A stretch of DNA of 64,000 nt from Patescibacteria group bacterium (GTDB lineage: Bacteria; Patescibacteriota; Gracilibacteria; UBA4473), in the NCBI GenBank assembly GCA_965660445.1, contig CBFIAK010000001.1:608001-672000 (forward strand). The letters run 5' to 3'. The translations under genes and the position numbers were made by a program. The notes under the pieces were generated by a model that worked only from the letters and a program-made list of their open reading frames with translations, did no database searches and was not told the DNA's origin. Below are positions 1 to 10,523 of this stretch, piece by piece. Each line of letters begins with the position of its first letter. Positions within the stretch are counted from its first letter, which is position 1.

Positions 1-1104
1 ATCGGTGCCGGAGTCTCCTGTAATAGTAATATTACTTCCAGCGGCGAAATTAAGTGTATCAGTTGCAGAATCAGCTACTGGGTCGGTTCCTGAAGGCGCA
101 TTAAAAGTCTGAAACAAGTTTTGGTTATCAGTATCGGTTGCTGCAATAGTGATGGTATCTCCACTTCGAGTTGTGGTTACATTTGATCCACCAGCGAGAG
201 TAACACCAAGACCCGAAGTTGTTCCTCCGGAGTCCGCTGTAAATGTATTGATCTCGTTGGTTGTGCTTCCATCAACTTCAGTAAAAGTAGAAGCAATGGT
301 AATGGTATCGGTGCTGGAGTTTCCTGTAATAGAAATATCGCTTCCCGCAGCGAAATTCAGAGTATCGGTTGTAGAATCAGCTACAGGATCGGTTCCTGAA
401 GGCGCATTAATGGTTCGAAATACGTTTTGTGTTTCTGTATACGATTCTAAATACCGACCGTCTAAATCGTACGTTAAATCTGGCAAAGATCCTGTTCTTC
501 CAACCGTTAAAACTCCGGTTCCAGTATTAAAAGAAAGTGAATCAGCGTAGTCGTTGTCGTTTGCATCGGTGCCATCACAAAGTCCTGCTCCTCCGGTAAT
601 GGTTGTACAGCTTAAATTTGCTTCATTCACCGAAAGGGTTACATAGTTTCCACCATCACTATAGGTCAGATCAGAATTAACTCGTAAACTTCCAGTGCTT
701 CCTGTTGCTCCCAAATAATCAGCTGTCGCTGCCGCATCTACTTTCACACGTCCAACATCGCTGGCGAGATTTGCGGGTGTTACACAATTGTCTCCGTCTT
801 CATCACAGTAATGAGTCGCTCCCACCGGACCGGCAACATCAAGATCAAGATCTTGCGCCCCACTACTAAAAGAAGTACTTCCAATGGCAACTTTTCCTGT
901 TGAAAAACTAATACCTCCACTTTCAATATCCCATCGAGATGGGCGTATGTATGAAGCACTGAGATCTTCTGTTTGTATATTACGAACGCTTTCAACAATA
1001 TCATACCAAAACTCAGACACAGAAAACCCTTCTGCATTCTGCAAAGGCAGAAGCACGCTCATAAGCATGAGTGTGAAGATGGAAAGAGAAAGTTTGTGCA
1101 TCAT
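1..1104 (-). CDS. Secreted Thr/Asp/Gly-rich fibre-like surface protein (3' end runs off the window)
   Basis: Not in the ORF track because it has no stop in the window. Manual translation from ATG 1104 gives MMHKLSLSIFTLMLMSVLLPLQNAEG (signal peptide), LDVAGPVGATHYCDEDGDNC, and two copies of QNxFxTxNAPSGTDPVADSxTDTLNFAAGSxIxITG; frame open to base 1. Confidence 0.8.
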   Translation of the reverse strand, partial: MMHKLSLSIFTLMLMSVLLPLQNAEGFSVSEFWYDIVESVRNIQTEDLSASYIRPSRWDIESGGISFSTGKVAIGSTSFSSGAQDLDLDVAGPVGATHYCDEDGDNCVTPANLASDVGRVKVDAAATADYLGATGSTGSLRVNSDLTYSDGGNYVTLSVNEANLSCTTITGGAGLCDGTDANDNDYADSLSFNTGTGVLTVGRTGSLPDLTYDLDGRYLESYTETQNVFRTINAPSGTDPVADSTTDTLNFAAGSDISITGNSSTDTITIASTFTEVDGSTTNEINTFTADSGGTTSGLGVTLAGGSNVTTTRSGDTITIAATDTDNQNLFQTFNAPSGTDPVADSATDTLNFAAGSNITITGDSGTD

Positions 1105-1236
1105 AAAGAGGGTTTTTTTTATATGCATACATATTGTATGACTTTTTCAGACTCTACTCAATGAAGAATATTCTTTTTTGAGTCTTTTGGGTTTTCTATC
1201 TGTGTCTTTTGTTGTTTTATAGTATTTTAAATTATA

Positions 1237-2049
1237 TTAATTGAGCGTATCCAAGATAAACCATTTTCCTTGAAGCCCACCCACTTCTGGATCGTCTTTG
1301 CATCCTTTGAAGTTTGTGCCATCAAAACAAATATTTCCAAAATCATCATCATTTGTACCATTACAAGTACAAGAAAGAATGATACCTCCCCCCGAAACGG
1401 TTGGAGTTTCCCACGTGCCGTCACCTCGCCAAAAAGTAGTAGCGCTTGCGTTGGTTCCTGAATTTAAATGAGCAACGGGTAAATTTCCTGTGATTTCATT
1501 GGTCAGGTTTATAACATCATCATCGGCAATAGTATCAGGTGTTGTGTCGTACCCCGCTTGCGAGTGATCACCCCAGCCAAAAGCAGTATTCCAATTGGTG
1601 ATTTGGGCAGCAGTTGCAAACTTATTGGTTGAAGTAAAATCATCTATGTCATCCGCATCATCGATATCTTTATCGTAGTAGTTTTGAGTTGCATGATTAC
1701 CCCAGCCAAAAGCAGTATCCCAATTAGTGATTTGGGCAGCAGTTGCAAACTTATTGGTTGAAGTAGAATCATCTATGTCATCCGCATCATCGATATCTTT
1801 ATCGTAATAGTTTTGAGTTGCATGATTACCCCAGCCAAAAGCAGTATCCCAATTAGTGATTTGTGCACTTGTAATACCGCCATCTTGTAAAATATTGCTG
1901 GCTGTTTTACAAGTAGTATTCTCATCTCCAGATAAATATTCTCCGTTACCGCAAAGAAGTTTTACGGTTTCATAGCTCGCCATGCTAGTGTCCCATGATA
2001 CACACAGCAGGGTGAGAAAGAGAATTAGAGAAATAATTTTAAATCGCAT
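1237..2049 (-). CDS. Secreted fibre-like protein with 43-aa tandem repeats
   Basis: Signal peptide; [16 protein letters not shown] repeats; [26 protein letters not shown] resembles a phage tail-fibre spacer motif. Confidence 0.75.
   Translation of the reverse strand: MRFKIISLILFLTLLCVSWDTSMASYETVKLLCGNGEYLSGDENTTCKTASNILQDGGITSAQITNWDTAFGWGNHATQNYYDKDIDDADDIDDSTSTNKFATAAQITNWDTAFGWGNHATQNYYDKDIDDADDIDDFTSTNKFATAAQITNWNTAFGWGDHSQAGYDTTPDTIADDDVINLTNEITGNLPVAHLNSGTNASATTFWRGDGTWETPTVSGGGIILSCTCNGTNDDDFGNICFDGTNFKGCKDDPEVGGLQGKWFILDTLN
1571..1863. repeat. 129-bp in-frame tandem repeat, about 2.3 copies
   Basis: CCCCAGCCAAAAGCAGTAT recurs at 1571, 1700 and 1829. Confidence 0.95.
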
Positions 2050-2081
2050 AATACACAGAAGAGAAAAGAAAAATATTTTTA

Positions 2082-3941
2082 TTATTTAATATACCAATTA
2101 GATCCATCAGAAAATATGTGAATAGAAACCCATTGTGCAGAGAGAGCTCTTGTTCCATTTCCATCAATAGTTTCAGAACCATCAGCATCAATAGTACAAG
2201 CGTTCGCTGAGGAATCTATTTTTTTAACAATAATTTGAGCATTACTGCTGGCTGCAGGGAGTGTGAGTGTTATTGGCCCGGCCGTAGCATTACAGAGATT
2301 AAAAGTATTATTTGAAATACTCCCACTTGAAATATGTGTTCCCTGTGCAATTATTGCTTCTTGTTTATTATTAAACGTATCCCAATCGGTATCAGAAAGG
2401 GCTCCAGTGGTATCAGTATCAGCAAGAGCAAGACTTAATTCTTGTGTTGAAAGAGAAAGACCGTTCGCTGTTCCAAGAGTAACCACATCATGAAGTTCAG
2501 AGTCTCGAGCGATGGTCGCTGGAAGATCAGCGTCTAAGATAGCTCCCCATGCCGCATTTGTCGCTCCTGTGGCTCGAAGTACATGCCCTGTGGTGAGTCC
2601 TGAAAGATCGAGGAGATTGAGTTCTGCCGTAGAGAGCGTTGCTCCATCTAAAATATTGAGTTCTGTTTCTGTAACCCCTGAAGCATCAAGAGCATCTGTT
2701 CCATTCCAAAGAACAACTGTGTTGTTGGTTCCAGAACCAGATATTCCAGCAGCTGGTGCGTCTTCGGTACAGGTAATATTACTTCCATCACTTGAACACC
2801 ATTTTGCGTTTTCGAGCGTTCCTATTGTTGGATCGGCTTCTGTGAAACTTGAGGCAATAGTGATTGTGTTTCCAGATTCCGTAATATCAATATCACTTCC
2901 TCCAGAAAGAGTTATATCGGTACTTCCTGATGTGTTTGATTGAATAACGGATGTATTTGCAGCTCCCGCAAGTACTGTTAATGATCCTTCATTACTACTA
3001 TCTCCGTCTCCGTCGGCTGGAACGGGTTCCCATGTTGCAAGTCCTGATCCATCACTCGTGAGTACTTGACTCGCTCCTGGAGTTCCTCCTGTGATTTGGA
3101 TTTGTCCAGCAATAGTAACCGTTGGAGTGGTAGCATCACTTGGCGTGATGGTTAGGTCTCCAGTAGCACTCGTAGCAAAAACAGTATCATTTGATGTATC
3201 GTAGCTGAGTTTTAATTGGTTTCCAGCGTTGAGAATTTCGAGTTTTGTATCTGGTATATTTGTTCCTATACCGATATTTCCTAACCCGCTTGCTCCACCT
3301 TCAATAAAGAATCGAGAGGTATTAGAGTCGTTGTCTCGTATTTGAAGGTCTTCTCCTCCCCAAAACTCCCATCCATCATTATCTCCCTCTCCATTATTAT
3401 CTGATAATAAGAGTTGTGGTGTTGCAGTTGTAGCAAAAACATGAAGTTGGTGTGTTGGATCAAGTACATTCACTCCTAAAAATCCAGTAGTATCTTCTAT
3501 AAAGAGTCCATTATTATTTGTAGCTTCTGAAAGCAGGAGTCCATCTATATCTCGAGCTTCAATCGTATCGATTTTTAGTTTTTGAGCATCTGCAGCTGTG
3601 TTTCCTTCAGTGAGAACTTCAGCAATAGTTTGATCATCTCCGTCTTGAAGTGCTGCTAGATTAAGCGTGTAAGTTGCTTCACCGTCATCTTCAAGTGAAA
3701 TTTCAAGAGTTGTCCCATCAAGGTTTAATACATCAATGGTTTGATTATCGGTATCAACTGTAAATCCGCCTGCATCACTCACGATATCAGCAGCTGATTT
3801 ACAAGTAAGAACACCATCGTTTCCAGCCAGAAATTCGTTGTCGCCACATAAGAGAATGGCGTTTTCATAACTGGCAAATGAGACCAATGGAAGCAAGAGC
3901 ATCCACAGGCTAAAGCCGAAGAGAAGAAATAGTTTTTTCAT
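2082..3941 (-). CDS. Secreted tail-fibre-like surface protein, 619 aa
   Basis: Signal peptide; [16 protein letters not shown] beta-repeats; [13 protein letters not shown]; [16 protein letters not shown]; C-terminal [13 protein letters not shown]...SDGSNWY domain. Confidence 0.8.
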   Translation of the reverse strand: MKKLFLLFGFSLWMLLLPLVSFASYENAILLCGDNEFLAGNDGVLTCKSAADIVSDAGGFTVDTDNQTIDVLNLDGTTLEISLEDDGEATYTLNLAALQDGDDQTIAEVLTEGNTAADAQKLKIDTIEARDIDGLLLSEATNNNGLFIEDTTGFLGVNVLDPTHQLHVFATTATPQLLLSDNNGEGDNDGWEFWGGEDLQIRDNDSNTSRFFIEGGASGLGNIGIGTNIPDTKLEILNAGNQLKLSYDTSNDTVFATSATGDLTITPSDATTPTVTIAGQIQITGGTPGASQVLTSDGSGLATWEPVPADGDGDSSNEGSLTVLAGAANTSVIQSNTSGSTDITLSGGSDIDITESGNTITIASSFTEADPTIGTLENAKWCSSDGSNITCTEDAPAAGISGSGTNNTVVLWNGTDALDASGVTETELNILDGATLSTAELNLLDLSGLTTGHVLRATGATNAAWGAILDADLPATIARDSELHDVVTLGTANGLSLSTQELSLALADTDTTGALSDTDWDTFNNKQEAIIAQGTHISSGSISNNTFNLCNATAGPITLTLPAASSNAQIIVKKIDSSANACTIDADGSETIDGNGTRALSAQWVSIHIFSDGSNWYIK

Positions 3942-4057
3942 GGGAATAAAAGAATTAAAAAAATAATAAAAGAATAAGCAATGTTTATACTCCTTACCCA
4001 GGAGGTTTTTCGATGAGATTGGTTTTTGTTGAAAATAAAATCATAAGAAGAAAAAAT

Positions 4058-7000
4058 TTATTGTATCCACCAGTTTGTGCCATCAGATATGGTGTGCACA
4101 GAAACAAGTGGTGTAAAAAGCGGTTTCGCGGTTGCGCTATTATCGAGTAAATCTGCAATATTCGGTTCAATAAAGCACGTATTGCCACTACTATCAATTC
4201 GTTTTACTGTGATTTCTCGTCCATTCATAGTATTGGCAAGTGGGAGTGTTATGGTAACATCTCCGCTTGTTGCATCACATAAAATTACTTGATCTGATGT
4301 TGTGGCGGTATAGTTAGCTGTTTGAGTGGCAATGTTTTTAACAGGGCAATTGGTACCATCTGATTGGCAAAATGCCGTTGAGTGCAGTCCATCAAGTAGA
4401 TCTGCGTCCAATCCGGATCCATTTCCCATATCACTTCCGCTCCAGTCAATATCAAGAATTGCATTATTATTCATATCAAGATCTTGGTTTGCACTATGAC
4501 TTCCTAAATCATCTCCTCCAGCTGATGCGCACGATTGCCATTCAAAGTCACCAGATCCTCCAGATTCGAATGTTAAACAATATTCATCTGTTGGGGCATT
4601 GTTTATATCAATCATACTTTCTGTAATAACGCCAGATGCGATAGTTGTGGTGATTGCTGTTTCTCCAGACCCAGTAACGTGACCGGAAAGAGTGATGGTT
4701 TGGTTTTGAGTTAAGTATCCTTCGCTTGCGTGGTCGCCCCAACTAAAAGCATTGTTCCAGTTATCAATAAGTGTTTGAGTCACAAACTTATTAGTTGAAG
4801 CAGAATCATCTATGTCATCCGCATCATCGGTGTCTTTATCGTAATAGTTTTGAGTTGCGTGGTTGCCCCAACTGAAAGCGGTATCCCAGTTGGTGATTTG
4901 CGTATTGGTAATACCCGCACTTACATGCGCTGTAAAAACAGGGTCTGTTTCAGCGGTTAAATAGCCATTGTTAGCAACAAAAGCATCAACGGCAGTTTCA
5001 TCGAGGGTTGTGTCAGTATCGGCATCAACACTACAGATCCAGTTCGCTCCATCCCATTTAAGTATTTCATTGTTTCCACATGATTCGATAAGCCCAAAGT
5101 CTGTACCAGTAAGAGCGATTCCACGATTAGCAACAACGCCGTACGTGGTATCAGTATCGATTTGATCAGCACAAACCCAAGCAGAAGTACCGTTATCCCA
5201 AGAAAGCACTTGGTCATCAGCACAAGAATCGATAAGTCCAAACTCCGTACCGACTAATTCAAGACCACGGTCAGCGATAACATCATAGGTCGTATCAGTA
5301 TCAACAGGAATCGGCACACAATTCCCATCACCGTCTAAGAGTTCACCAGTAGCACAGAGTGTGCCGGCATTTGTATCATCATCACCATCAGTAATATCAG
5401 CAGGAATATCAGATAAATCGTTCCAGCTTCCAGAAAAAGTTTCGTCATTAGCAGGCACCCAAGCAGAACCATTCCATTTGAGAACTTGATCAGCCGTAGC
5501 GCCTTGTTGAGCAAGAGTAAGTACATCACCAGCGGTACCGTCACCTGAAAGAGTGGCATCACTGATCACAACATCAGCCCCCCAGTCATCACCACCAGCA
5601 TCATCAACACTACAGATCCAGTTCACTCCGTCCCATTTGAGAATTTCATTGTTTCCACATGATTCAATGAGTCCAAAGTTAGTACCAGTGAGTACAAGTC
5701 CACGATCGGCAACAACGCCGTACGTGGTATCATCATCACCATCGGCAATATCGGCTGGGATATTGGCAAGGTCACCCCAATCACCAGAAAAGTCATCGAG
5801 AACGTTTTTGTCCCAGTCATCAAATGATGTTTCATCACCATCAATGAAAGCTTCAACTTCGTTTTCCGTAAGAGTAGTATCGACAGGGATAGGATAACAA
5901 TTCCCATCCCCATCGAGATATTCGCCACCAGCACACAAGGTGGCAGCAGAAGAGTCGTTGTCAGATGCACACACCCAAGAAGATGTACCAAGATTCCATT
6001 TTAGTAGTTCGCCATCAGCACAAGAACTGATAAGTCCAAAATTATTTCCAATACGTTCGAGTCCTTTATCGTTTGAAACATCATATTGTGTATCATTATC
6101 AACCCCATCACAGAGCCCCAGACTCCCTGTTATATTGAGACAATCGATATCAATATCAACTTCAAAAGCACCGTCTGTGGTAAGAGAGAAGGCACTACTA
6201 AAGTCGAGTGTAAAGACATCGGCATCAAAAACGACATCATCAAGTTTTATCTGGATATCATCATCGTCATCGTTCCCTGGATTAAGCGCAGTACATTCAA
6301 TTGTGTTTCCGTCAGTAGTACACCAACGACCAGCGGTTAAAGTGCCAATAGATGGGTCTGATTCTGTAACACAATCCCAAGAAGATGTTCCGTTATTCCA
6401 TTGTAGTATTTCACCATCAGCACATGATGATACATCTGCTAAATCAGAAAGATTATTATCAGTTAAGTCATCATCATCTAAGTTTCCATCAAGATTGGTG
6501 TAGATATCAGTTACATCTGTAATTTGTGTTTCTAAATCATTTTCAGTGGTTGCTCCACCACCTCCAGCGTCATCAGTAGCACAAATCCAACCAAAATCAC
6601 CAATAGTTGTATCACCGTTTGCATCGTTCGTATACTTTAAAATTTCACCTGTAGCACATCCGATAAGTCCAAAATTGTTAGACCCGTCTCGAATAAGTCC
6701 TTGATCGGTGGTCACATTTTGAATTGCATTATCCGTATAAGTACTTAAATCAACAGTGGTTGTTCCGCCATCAAGACTTAAAATATCACCCGTGAGATCT
6801 AAATCTCTTTGATCTTCACATCGCCATCCCGGATCATCGGTGACCGTATCGTTATTGAAATCATCAGTGTAAACAAGTATTTGGTTCACGTTACATCCCA
6901 CAAGTCCGAAATCATCATTTCCATCAATCGTAAGTCCTTGATTTGTAATAACTCCTTGAGTAGATCCAGTGCTAATAGGTACTCCATCGATTTTAAATTG

Positions 7001-7984
7001 ACCTCCAGCCGATAAATTAATATCACCATCAACATTTAAAGCATCAGAGAAAGCAGACGTTGTTCCAATAGAAACTTTTCCGTCAGCATTTATCTGCAAT
7101 CCTGTGTTTCCACTTGGTCCAGTATCTTCAGCATCACCAACAAGCCAGAATTCTTGTAAATCAATATTTTGTGTTGCAGTGTGATTTCCGAGGTTGTCAG
7201 CACCTCCACCACCTCCGCCACCACATGATCCTTGCACCTCACATCCATCCCCTCCAGTACCAAGATCTCCATTACAATCAGAGTATCCAGCACTACACTG
7301 AAAACTACAACTTCCACTTGATGTATAAACAGCATTTGCTTCTCCAGGGTATGCAGTGACTCCATTTTGAATTTCACATCCATCTCCGCCAGTACCGAGG
7401 TCTCCGTTACAGTCTGTATATCCAGATGCACATTGTACACCACAACTTCCATTTGAAGTATAGACTGAGTTTGCTTCCCCTGGATAGGCTGTAATTCCGT
7501 TTTGAACTTCACATCCATCCACATCAACACTTGATCCATCACAGGCTGTGTATCCAGCTTTACAGCTTCCACAACTAAAACTTCCCCAACTATTAGCATT
7601 ACAAACTGTTTCTCTATTCACAGAGCTACAAGAACCATCTTCGTTACACAAACCAGTTCCACAAAATGGAGTTGATCCGTCATAGGCTTCACAGTCAAGA
7701 AGGTATCCTCCACCTAAAGCCCCTGAAATATTACTTCCTGAACCGTTTGATCCGGGTGCTGTGAGAGTGGAGTTGTCGTAACAATACACAATATTATTAT
7801 CGTATCCACACAGTTGTGTGTTTCCGAGACAGTTTTGAGATTGAAATACAGTTGGACAATCAGTTGGATCTGTTACATACGTCGCCGCCTGCCCCACAAA
7901 GAGTGGAGCAAGGCTCATAATGAGCAAGAGCGATAAGAAGTAGTGTCGTATGTATTTCATGAAAGAAAAATGGAGGAGAATCAA
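4058..7984 (-). CDS. Large secreted Cys/Asp-rich fibre-like protein, 1308 aa (start may be 7960)
   Basis: Signal peptide; 45-aa Cys repeats; several FGLxxCxxxEILKW repeats; GSGLDADLLDG tail-fibre motif; C-terminal domain shared with 2082..3941. Confidence 0.8.
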   Translation of the reverse strand: MILLHFSFMKYIRHYFLSLLLIMSLAPLFVGQAATYVTDPTDCPTVFQSQNCLGNTQLCGYDNNIVYCYDNSTLTAPGSNGSGSNISGALGGGYLLDCEAYDGSTPFCGTGLCNEDGSCSSVNRETVCNANSWGSFSCGSCKAGYTACDGSSVDVDGCEVQNGITAYPGEANSVYTSNGSCGVQCASGYTDCNGDLGTGGDGCEIQNGVTAYPGEANAVYTSSGSCSFQCSAGYSDCNGDLGTGGDGCEVQGSCGGGGGGGADNLGNHTATQNIDLQEFWLVGDAEDTGPSGNTGLQINADGKVSIGTTSAFSDALNVDGDINLSAGGQFKIDGVPISTGSTQGVITNQGLTIDGNDDFGLVGCNVNQILVYTDDFNNDTVTDDPGWRCEDQRDLDLTGDILSLDGGTTTVDLSTYTDNAIQNVTTDQGLIRDGSNNFGLIGCATGEILKYTNDANGDTTIGDFGWICATDDAGGGGATTENDLETQITDVTDIYTNLDGNLDDDDLTDNNLSDLADVSSCADGEILQWNNGTSSWDCVTESDPSIGTLTAGRWCTTDGNTIECTALNPGNDDDDDIQIKLDDVVFDADVFTLDFSSAFSLTTDGAFEVDIDIDCLNITGSLGLCDGVDNDTQYDVSNDKGLERIGNNFGLISSCADGELLKWNLGTSSWVCASDNDSSAATLCAGGEYLDGDGNCYPIPVDTTLTENEVEAFIDGDETSFDDWDKNVLDDFSGDWGDLANIPADIADGDDDTTYGVVADRGLVLTGTNFGLIESCGNNEILKWDGVNWICSVDDAGGDDWGADVVISDATLSGDGTAGDVLTLAQQGATADQVLKWNGSAWVPANDETFSGSWNDLSDIPADITDGDDDTNAGTLCATGELLDGDGNCVPIPVDTDTTYDVIADRGLELVGTEFGLIDSCADDQVLSWDNGTSAWVCADQIDTDTTYGVVANRGIALTGTDFGLIESCGNNEILKWDGANWICSVDADTDTTLDETAVDAFVANNGYLTAETDPVFTAHVSAGITNTQITNWDTAFSWGNHATQNYYDKDTDDADDIDDSASTNKFVTQTLIDNWNNAFSWGDHASEGYLTQNQTITLSGHVTGSGETAITTTIASGVITESMIDINNAPTDEYCLTFESGGSGDFEWQSCASAGGDDLGSHSANQDLDMNNNAILDIDWSGSDMGNGSGLDADLLDGLHSTAFCQSDGTNCPVKNIATQTANYTATTSDQVILCDATSGDVTITLPLANTMNGREITVKRIDSSGNTCFIEPNIADLLDNSATAKPLFTPLVSVHTISDGTNWWIQ
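7230..7560 (-). repeat. 45-aa Cys-rich tandem repeat (GYxDCNGDLGTGGDGCExQNG...), about 2.5 copies; limits approximate
   Basis: Visible in the translation and as near-identical DNA. Confidence 0.85.
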
Positions 7985-8003
7985 TAAAGAGGGTTAAAAA
8001 TTT

Positions 8004-9005
8004 TTATTGACAGCACGCTAAGGGAATAGTGTTTCCACAATGACCGAGTCCTCCGGCTCCGCCATCTGTTTGATCAAACATCCAAAAACTTCCCAGGTAG
8101 TCACCTGGAACACCATGAGTAAACCCATTACAATCATTAGCTGGTACCACCGCAGGGCTATATTTTGCCCCACCTGATGCAATCCATGCAGCGTTTGTCC
8201 AATCAGCAATAGCAGATATATCAAGTTGAGCAATAGAATGAATAAGTTCCGTTTGAGTACATAATCGGGATCCTGGAAAATCGTTATCACATAAAGCATT
8301 TGCAGCTTTGTATCCGGTGTCACCTCCACTGGAAAGACTTCCTGTGTAATTGTTAGTGGTTTGCCCTACAAAAACGCCCATGCCGCCTCCACTTGAAGCG
8401 TTTACCCATGAAAGATTTCCAGAATCATCAGATTGGAGTACTTGATTGCTGTTTGGATAATTTGTTGGAAGTGTGTAAATAGTGTTGGCTAAAAGTCCTA
8501 CAGGGGCTACAAATCCAGTGTAAAAAGTATCACCGTCGTTATAGAATTGAATTTCAGCTCCATCAAGATATTGAGTTGTCATTGCTGGTACCCATTGGGT
8601 ATTGGTTCCGTCCGTTTGAAGATACTTACCAGTATGTCCCGTTTGATCGGGGAGTATTCCATTTCCAGTCCCCCAAGAAAGCATTCCGTTTCCATCAGTC
8701 GTTAAAAACTGACCAGCACTTCCGGGATCTTCTGGTAGCACTAAAAGATATGAGGTTGGCACATCAATAGGTGCTTGAATTTCAACATAATCGGAGTCAT
8801 CTAAATCATAAAACCGATAAGGATTGGCTTGGCGTACTTGTGCAATGTCTATATAACAGTCTGGATCTGATGGTGCACAGTTTGGATCAAGTGTTTCTCC
8901 GGGGAAAAATGCCGCAAAAGAATTATTAGAGGTAAATAGTCCTATAATCAGGATTGATGTCCAAAAGGAGATACTGGCTTGAGGTCGAGAAAAGGAGAAT
9001 ATCAT
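8004..9005 (-). CDS. Secreted fibre-like protein with C-terminal C-type-lectin-like (DUF1554/endostatin-like) domain
   Basis: FFPGETLDPNCAP N-terminus; QFLTTDGNGMLSW and QVLQSDDSGNLSW repeats; GYKAANALC...CNGFT...LACCQ cysteine pattern. Confidence 0.65.
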   Translation of the reverse strand: MIFSFSRPQASISFWTSILIIGLFTSNNSFAAFFPGETLDPNCAPSDPDCYIDIAQVRQANPYRFYDLDDSDYVEIQAPIDVPTSYLLVLPEDPGSAGQFLTTDGNGMLSWGTGNGILPDQTGHTGKYLQTDGTNTQWVPAMTTQYLDGAEIQFYNDGDTFYTGFVAPVGLLANTIYTLPTNYPNSNQVLQSDDSGNLSWVNASSGGGMGVFVGQTTNNYTGSLSSGGDTGYKAANALCDNDFPGSRLCTQTELIHSIAQLDISAIADWTNAAWIASGGAKYSPAVVPANDCNGFTHGVPGDYLGSFWMFDQTDGGAGGLGHCGNTIPLACCQ

Positions 9006-10237
9006 TTTTGAAGGAAATTGAAGAGAGAAGTTTTCAAGAATTCATAGAGAGCGGCTAGAGGTTCGGATGATAAGTTCTTTTCAAGAGATCCTTGAATCTC
9101 TTTGAGTACTTGATCATCTTTTTCGATTTCTTTTTCGATTTGTTCTATTTCTGCTTCAATTTCTTCTCTTGTTTCATTATCAGAAATATCAGTTTCTTGT
9201 AGCTGTTTGAGTAGTTTCTGTTTTTCTCGTTCTTTTTCGATACGTCGTTGTCGTGCTCTTATAGCCGTTTGAATATCAGCATTTCCTTGTACAAACTGTC
9301 GAGACCCTATTCCTCGGGTTTGGTTTGGACTCTCTGGAGTTTGTGGAGCATTGAAATCAGTATCGAATACTTTTTGTCGTATTTGGTCGTAAATAGTGTC
9401 ATCGGGATTTTTCTTTTCTGCAGATGTTAAGTAACTTGCGTCAATATTTCGTGGATCTCGACGATATAAGACTCGGAACCCCGTATCGTTTCCAAACTGA
9501 TCCATGGCAACTCGCCCTGGGCTGTATTGTGCATACGTTACTTCTCCTGAGTCAGTTGCAAATTGGTTTATATCTGATAGTTTTCCCATATCTATTTGAA
9601 TAGCGTGTTCGAGTGATTTTTTGTATGCAGCATCGAATTCTGCTTTTGAAACTCCTAAATCGGTATTTGATCGAAATTCATCTCTTTCTCCATCAGGTCC
9701 CCATGCATATCGTTCAGCTGATTCTTGATTTATACCCAGTTCAAATGGACGCCAATTTGTTCTTACTCGAAAATCAAATACCCCACAAGAATCAGTATTC
9801 GCACAATTAAGCGTTGTTTTTCCAATGAGTGGGCCATCTAAGTATCCCCAAAAGAATCCATCTTGATCAATCCACGCTTCTGAAAAATCGATCCATCCAG
9901 TGTGTTCACCCCATGCCATACCACCAAGTTCTCCGTTCGGCGTATTGGTAACACCTCCATTAACTGGTTGAAGATTAATCCATCCATGATTTTCGCTCCA
10001 AATATACCCAGTAATTTTGGTATCATCGACAATCACGACCACTCCAGAGGGTTTGAAGTTGATCCAGCCGATGTTTTCACTCCAGGCATATTTAAAGTAG
10101 TCATCTATAGTCCCTGTTCTTTGAGCGTGTGATAGAGTGGGAAAGAGGATGAATCCTATACCCAGCAAAACCAATACAAAGAATGTTTTTAATGACAATC
10201 GTCCGAACTGTGGTGTGTGTGCTACATAGTCTCCCAT
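9002..10237 (-). CDS. Secreted protein with W(S/G)ExxGWI repeats (CPR-typical) and C-terminal coiled coil
   Basis: YAWSENIGWINF, YIWSENHGWINL, MAWGEHTGWIDF; E/K/Q-rich tail; ATGA overlap with the next gene. Confidence 0.7.
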   Translation of the reverse strand: MGDYVAHTPQFGRLSLKTFFVLVLLGIGFILFPTLSHAQRTGTIDDYFKYAWSENIGWINFKPSGVVVIVDDTKITGYIWSENHGWINLQPVNGGVTNTPNGELGGMAWGEHTGWIDFSEAWIDQDGFFWGYLDGPLIGKTTLNCANTDSCGVFDFRVRTNWRPFELGINQESAERYAWGPDGERDEFRSNTDLGVSKAEFDAAYKKSLEHAIQIDMGKLSDINQFATDSGEVTYAQYSPGRVAMDQFGNDTGFRVLYRRDPRNIDASYLTSAEKKNPDDTIYDQIRQKVFDTDFNAPQTPESPNQTRGIGSRQFVQGNADIQTAIRARQRRIEKEREKQKLLKQLQETDISDNETREEIEAEIEQIEKEIEKDDQVLKEIQGSLEKNLSSEPLAALYEFLKTSLFNFLQK

Positions 10238-10478
10238 GCCTGATTAATATACAGGGTGAAAATCAAATACAGAAATAAAAAAATAGGTCAGAAAGGAGGT
10301 ATAAAAAAACAAAAAAAGAAAAACCAATACTCTATTTTTTCAAGCTTCTTTCTATAAAAAAAGAGAAAGGTTTTTTGCCTTGTTCACATTTTTTTTGCAA
10401 GAATAAAAAATGTCGTTTTAAAAAAATATTGCACTTCTTTTTTTATATTTTAAATATATATATGAGGAGAATTTAAAG

Positions 10479-10507
10479 AACCGTCTTTTTCAAAAGACGG
10501 TTTTTTT
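10479..10507. terminator. Hairpin, probable intrinsic terminator downstream of lepB
   Basis: AACCGTCTTTT-TC-AAAAGACGGTT followed by a T run on the + strand. Confidence 0.55.
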
Positions 10508-10523
10508 GTATTTTGATACGTTC

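Noticed and set aside
1571-1863. Possible CRISPR array
   Set aside because: In-frame 129-bp coding repeat with no unique spacers; no cas genes or repeat-spacer array seen in the window
149-7359. Many + strand ORFs (149..550, 2263..2943, 4968..6503 and others)
   Set aside because: Antisense shadows of the repetitive minus-strand fibre genes; Ser/Pro/Val-rich with no independent signals
1-10237. Prophage tail region
   Set aside because: All proteins have signal peptides; no baseplate, tape-measure or capsid genes; flanked by lepB
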